Of a DNA stretch of 33,712 nt, positions 29,294 to 33,712 are shown piece by piece. The notes beneath the pieces were generated by a model. The model was not told where the DNA came from. It ran no database searches and saw only the letters and a list, made by a program, of their open reading frames with translations. Location of the stretch: positions 1-33,712 of the forward strand of contig JANOQV010000231.1 in NCBI GenBank assembly GCA_031414955.1. Direction: 5' to 3'. Both the position numbers and the translations under genes were made by a program. The stretch comes from Pedosphaera sp. (lineage in GTDB: Bacteria > Verrucomicrobiota > Verrucomicrobiia > Limisphaerales > SIBH01). Each line of letters opens with the position of its first letter. Position 1 is the first letter of the stretch.

Positions 29294-31606
29294 ATGATTG
29301 CATCGTTCCGCCCAACAGCCGCATCCGACCGATGCCTGCTGCTTCTTCTGACTTTATTCGGCCTGACCACCGGGGCGTTTGCAAATCCTCAAGAACTCGT
29401 TGAGCAAGGGCAGCGAGCGTTCCAGAAGGGTGCTTTCAGCGAGGCAGCTACTCACTGGCAAAAGGCGGTGAAATCTTTCCGCAGCCAGGGGCAGACCAAC
29501 GCCGAGATTCAAACGTCGCTCTCGCTGGCCAGCGCCTACCAATCGATCGGCCAGCAACGCCGCGCGGTGCAGATTCTACAGGATACGCTGGCCCGCGCTG
29601 AAAGTACGGGGGACCGTTCCCGGGTCACCCTGGTCAAAAGCAAACTCGGCGCGGGTTTGGTCCTGACCCTTGAGACGGAGCGGGCTGAGTCCTTGTTGAG
29701 TGAAACTTTGGAAGTCGCTCGGGCGGACAAAGACTCGCGGCTGGCGGCGGCCATCCTGAACGACCTGGGCAACTTGTCGGCGAGCCAACAGAAATTCCCG
29801 GAAGCACTGAAAGCCTATGACGAATGCATCACGCTGTCCCGGCCGGCCGGCAACAAGGGGTTAACGGCCCAGGCGCTTTGCAATGCCGCGGCGACCGCGG
29901 CGCGCGCTGGGGAATTTCCCAAAGCCGATGAGTTGAACACTGAAGCGTTGAAAGCAATCGCGTCATTGGACGTTTCCTACTCCAAGGCGTTTTTGTCGCT
30001 GACCGCTGGTCAAACGGATCGCCAGATCAAACTTACCGACGTCGACGCGACTCGCCGCCTGCTGCTCCGGGCCAATCAATCGTTCCAGCAGGCGCTGGAG
30101 ATCGCCGGGAAGATTCAGAGCCGCTCCCTGGAAACCTACGCGCTCGGCTACCTGGGCCAACTCTATGAGCAGGACAAGCAGCCCGAAGCCGCCTTGACCC
30201 TCACCCGCCGCGCAGCCTTCGCGGCCCAGCAGGCTCAGATGCCGGAGGCTCTCTATCGCTGGGAATGGCAAGCCGGTCGTTTGCTCAAAGCGCGTGGCGA
30301 GACGGAACCGGCCATCGCGGCCTATCGGCTCGCGGTGCAAACACTGCAGCCCATCCGCGCCGATGTCTCGCTCGGCTACGGCAACTCCACGGCGCGGTTG
30401 TCATTCCGCGAGTCCGATGGCCCGCTTTTCTCCGAACTCGCGGACTTGCTCTTACAGCAAGCCAAGGCCGCGACCGATCCAAAACGGGAGCAGGAGCTTT
30501 TGCGCGAGGCGCGCGACACGGTCGAACTGCTCAAAGCGGTCGAGCTAGAAGATTATTTCTGCGACGAGTGCGTGGACGTCCAGCGACTCCGGACGCGCGC
30601 CGTAGAATCCGTGGATGAACATTCGGCGGTCGTTTATTTGATTCCGCTGCCCAACCGCACGGAAATCCTGGTCGGCCTGACCTCCGGGCTGAAACGGTTC
30701 ACGGTCGAAGTGGGGGCTGATGCGCTGACGGCGGAAGTGAGAGACTTTCGTCACAACCTGGAAACACGCACCACCTACGGCTACCTCGCGCAAGCGCAAC
30801 AGCTCTACGACTGGCTGATCCGGCCCATCCGGGGATGGCTCGTGGAAAAGCAGATCAACACGCTGGTGTTCGTTCCCGACGGCGCGCTCCGAACTGTTCC
30901 TTTCGCCGCTCTCCATGATGGGGAGAAGTTCCTCATCCAAGATTTGGCGGTGGCCGTGGTGCCCGGACTTTCACTGGTCGCGCCGCAGTCGCTCGAACAT
31001 GGGAAGTCGCGTTTGCTGCTGAACGGCCTCTCCAAACCAGTGCAAGGTTTCGCTTCCCTCGACTTCGTCACCAACGAATTGCGCAGCATCGATCCGACTT
31101 CCAAGAGTGCGACCTTGTTAAACGAAGAATTCACCGCGCCGCAGCTCAAACGTAAACTCACCGACGAACAATACTCGATTGTCCACATCGCCTCGCATGG
31201 CAAATTCAGTCGCGACGTGCGCAACACGTTCGTGCTCACTTACGACAGCAAGTTGACCCTGAACGATCTCGAAGCGCTGATCCGTCCCAGCCAATACCGG
31301 GGCCAGCCGGTGGAGTTGCTGGTCTTGAGCGCCTGCCAGACCGCGGCGGGCGATGACCGGGCTGCGCTCGGACTGGCCGGGGTGGCCATCAAGGCCGGTG
31401 CGCGCAGCGCCCTGGCCAGCTTGTGGTTCGTGAACGACCAATCCACCTCCGCGCTCATTACCGAAGTTTACAGCCAGCTACGCCAATCACCGGCGGTTTC
31501 CAAGGCTCGGGCGCTACAAGCCGCGCAAATCAAACTGCTCAATGACCGCCGGTATCGCCATCCCTGTTATTGGTCGCCGTACCTGATCATCGGGAACTGG
31601 CTCTGA
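29294..31606 (+). CDS. TPR-repeat plus CHAT (caspase-like) domain protein with signal peptide
   Basis: Hydrophobic LLLLLTLFGL..GAFA signal, TPR-like helices, LYDWLIRP, VPDGALR.VPFAAL, His motif VHIASHG, Cys motif LVLSACQT, HP.YWSP...IGNWL. The start could be 29255. Confidence 0.93.
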   Translation: MIASFRPTAASDRCLLLLLTLFGLTTGAFANPQELVEQGQRAFQKGAFSEAATHWQKAVKSFRSQGQTNAEIQTSLSLASAYQSIGQQRRAVQILQDTLARAESTGDRSRVTLVKSKLGAGLVLTLETERAESLLSETLEVARADKDSRLAAAILNDLGNLSASQQKFPEALKAYDECITLSRPAGNKGLTAQALCNAAATAARAGEFPKADELNTEALKAIASLDVSYSKAFLSLTAGQTDRQIKLTDVDATRRLLLRANQSFQQALEIAGKIQSRSLETYALGYLGQLYEQDKQPEAALTLTRRAAFAAQQAQMPEALYRWEWQAGRLLKARGETEPAIAAYRLAVQTLQPIRADVSLGYGNSTARLSFRESDGPLFSELADLLLQQAKAATDPKREQELLREARDTVELLKAVELEDYFCDECVDVQRLRTRAVESVDEHSAVVYLIPLPNRTEILVGLTSGLKRFTVEVGADALTAEVRDFRHNLETRTTYGYLAQAQQLYDWLIRPIRGWLVEKQINTLVFVPDGALRTVPFAALHDGEKFLIQDLAVAVVPGLSLVAPQSLEHGKSRLLLNGLSKPVQGFASLDFVTNELRSIDPTSKSATLLNEEFTAPQLKRKLTDEQYSIVHIASHGKFSRDVRNTFVLTYDSKLTLNDLEALIRPSQYRGQPVELLVLSACQTAAGDDRAALGLAGVAIKAGARSALASLWFVNDQSTSALITEVYSQLRQSPAVSKARALQAAQIKLLNDRRYRHPCYWSPYLIIGNWL

Positions 31607-31610
31607 GCGC

Positions 31611-33572
31611 ATGAGTGCCGGCCCGCCTGCCAAGCCGCGTTCCTTCAGTTGGAAGCTCTCACCTCGCTCGGCCAGCTTGTGCATCGTGCTGATGGTTTTT
31701 GGAGGCATCCTCCTCCTCCGCCATTTGGGCCTGCTGCTATTTCTGGAATTTCACGCCTACGATTTTTTTATCCGGAGCCAGCCCAGCGCCCCCACCAGCG
31801 ATCCCATCGTGCTGGTGGAAATGACCGAGGCGGACATCCACAGCCCGTCGCTCGATTATCCGATCCACGATGACAGACTGGCGGAACTGCTGGGCAAACT
31901 CGCGGCCGCTCAACCCGCCGTGATCGGCCTGGACATCTGGCGGGACATCCCGGTGCCCAAGAGTGGCGGGGGACTCCAAAAGTTTCATGAGGTGCTGCAA
32001 GCACATTCGAACATCGTGGCCATCTTCACCATGGGAGGAATTGCCCCGCCCGCGATCCTCCGCTCCAACCCCGATCGGATCGCCTTCAACGACAATTTTA
32101 TCGTCGATTATGAAGTGGATCACACCATCCCCAAGGTGCGCCGCACCCACCTGGTGGGTCTGGCCCGCGACGGGCAAACCTACGATGCGCTGCCGTTCCG
32201 ACTGGCCATGATGTATCTGGAGCGGCGGGGCATCCACCAGGAGGCAGACCCGGATGACCCGGACGCTTTTCAGCTGGGGAAGGCGCGCTTGCGCGCGTTC
32301 CGGCCGAACGACGGGCCTTACGTCGTCGCGGACGCAAAAGAAAAGTGGCAGTTGTTGCTCGACTTCAAATGCCCGGATCATTTCACCAGGTACTCCTTTG
32401 GCGAAGTTCTCTCGGGCCGAGTTTCATCAGAAATCCTGCGCGACAAGATCATTCTCGTCGGCATGAATTCACCGAGTGTTTCCGACGAGCGTGTTACTCC
32501 CGTTCAACGGAGCCATCGAGGGATCGATCTTCAGGCCGGGACGGTGAACCAGCTCTTGCGCCATGCGCTCGACGGCGAGAAAACGCTTCAGTTTTGGCAA
32601 GACTGGCTGGAGGACGCCTGGTTGTTGCTGTGGTGCGTGGCCGGCGGGGCCACCGGTTACTGGGCGCGGTCGCCTTGGCGGTTTGGCTTCATCTCCGCAG
32701 CCTGTCTGCTGGGCCTGGCGGGCATCGTCTGGACTTCGTTCGCCTCAGGCTGGTGGATTCCATTCGTCACCCCGGCGCTGGGCTACGTGCCGGCGGCCGT
32801 GCTCGCCATTTCCTATGTTTCTAAACAGGAACGCTCCATGCGCGGCGTGCTGATGAAACTTTACTCGCGCCATGTCTCGAAGGAGATCGCGGAAGCCATC
32901 TGGGAGAACCGGGACTCCTTTCTCGCCGGTCACCGACCGCTGGCACAGAAGCTCGTGGTCACGGTTTTGTTCACCGACCTCAAGGGCTTCAGCACCATCT
33001 CCGAGCGCATGGAACCGGCCCGTTTGTACGAATGGCTCAACGGCTACCTCGGAGCCATGGCGCAGGTGATTCAGGAACACGGCGGCGTGCTGAAACAGTT
33101 CACCGGTGACGGCATCCTGGCCCTCTTCGGCGTGCCGGTGCCGCATACGACCGCAGCCGAGCAGGCCAAGGACGCCACCGCCGCCGTCCGGTGCGCCCTG
33201 GCCCTGGGCTGGCGGCTGGTTGAGTTGCAGCGCGAATGGAAGGCGGCCGATCTGCCGCCCGTCAGCATGCGCGCGGGGCTTTACACCGGGGAGGTGGCGG
33301 CCGGGAGCGTCGGCAGCGATGACCGGTTTGAATACGCGGTCATTGGCGACGTGGTGAACACCGCTTCCCGACTCGAAAGTTATGACAAGACGCTGGCCGA
33401 TCCCGACCTCTTGACCAATCGATGCCGAATCCTGATCGGCGCGCCGACGCACGATCTGCTCGACGGAAAGTTTGAGTCGAAAGAAATTGGCCTGCTGGAG
33501 GTCAAGGGCAAGGTGAACAAAGTTCCGGTGTTTCAAATCCTGGCGGAGAAACCAACCGCTCCGGCGGCGTGA
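31611..33572 (+). CDS. CHASE2-domain membrane class III nucleotidyl (adenylate/guanylate-type) cyclase
   Basis: TM, CHASE2 (IVLV..E.D, P.VIGLDI.RD, DKIILVG), 3 TMs, catalytic VLFTDLKGFS...FTGD...IGDVVNTASRLE, and VKGK. Confidence 0.93.
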   Translation: MSAGPPAKPRSFSWKLSPRSASLCIVLMVFGGILLLRHLGLLLFLEFHAYDFFIRSQPSAPTSDPIVLVEMTEADIHSPSLDYPIHDDRLAELLGKLAAAQPAVIGLDIWRDIPVPKSGGGLQKFHEVLQAHSNIVAIFTMGGIAPPAILRSNPDRIAFNDNFIVDYEVDHTIPKVRRTHLVGLARDGQTYDALPFRLAMMYLERRGIHQEADPDDPDAFQLGKARLRAFRPNDGPYVVADAKEKWQLLLDFKCPDHFTRYSFGEVLSGRVSSEILRDKIILVGMNSPSVSDERVTPVQRSHRGIDLQAGTVNQLLRHALDGEKTLQFWQDWLEDAWLLLWCVAGGATGYWARSPWRFGFISAACLLGLAGIVWTSFASGWWIPFVTPALGYVPAAVLAISYVSKQERSMRGVLMKLYSRHVSKEIAEAIWENRDSFLAGHRPLAQKLVVTVLFTDLKGFSTISERMEPARLYEWLNGYLGAMAQVIQEHGGVLKQFTGDGILALFGVPVPHTTAAEQAKDATAAVRCALALGWRLVELQREWKAADLPPVSMRAGLYTGEVAAGSVGSDDRFEYAVIGDVVNTASRLESYDKTLADPDLLTNRCRILIGAPTHDLLDGKFESKEIGLLEVKGKVNKVPVFQILAEKPTAPAA

Positions 33573-33635
33573 AAATGGAAAGCTCCGGTTCGGCCGGGCG
33601 TATCTGGAAGGTCCAACTATCCAAACGCGGCGCTG

Positions 33636-33712
33636 AAGCGACCGCACTCCAAACGCTCCGCGAGGTCTGTGGCATCCGCCCTGGCGCGACAGCGTTTGGA
33701 GTGCGGTCGCTT
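33636..33712. repeat. Perfect 22 bp inverted repeat (REP-like) at the window end
   Basis: AAGCGACCGCACTCCAAACGCT (33636-33657) and AGCGTTTGGAGTGCGGTCGCTT (33691-33712). Confidence 0.88.

Noticed and set aside
29294..33572. CBASS, Pycsar or Craspase-type anti-phage system
   Set aside because: The CHAT protein has a signal peptide, the cyclase is a CHASE2 receptor type, and no CD-NTase, TIR, gasdermin or Cas7-11 is present. A defence role is not supported by the sequence.

Overview
High-GC bacterial window. Gene set, protein styles and repeat families suggest Verrucomicrobiota (Pedosphaerales-like); this is inference. It is probably a whole metagenomic contig, with a low-quality 5' end, a corrupted poly-G/C patch at about 15.6-15.7 kb, and a 3' end on a palindrome. 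The backbone is cofactor and housekeeping genes: ubiE/menG, panE, TPP riboswitch-thiC, tRNA-Leu(TAA), Ski2-like helicase, Gfo/Idh/MocA oxidoreductase, inositol monophosphatase, queD, thiG, heptose kinase, panB, moaC and mog. Four things stand out. (1) A cyclic-nucleotide locus at 26.4-33.6 kb: GYF-like/cNMP protein, glutaminase-STAS-cNMP, exported TPR-CHAT protease, and a CHASE2 class III cyclase whose two base-specifying residues are non-canonical (K->Q, T/D->A). (2) A translationally coupled luxE-like / L,D-transpeptidase-family / MFS / luxC-like / queD operon with no luciferase. (3) Several families of short palindromic or heptameric repeats, some translated in frame inside genes, one apparently supplying a signal peptide. 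(4) A Rieske-flavoprotein fusion directly behind riboswitch-controlled thiC. A probable integrase remnant sits next to the tRNA. All family calls are by motif recognition; no database searches were run.
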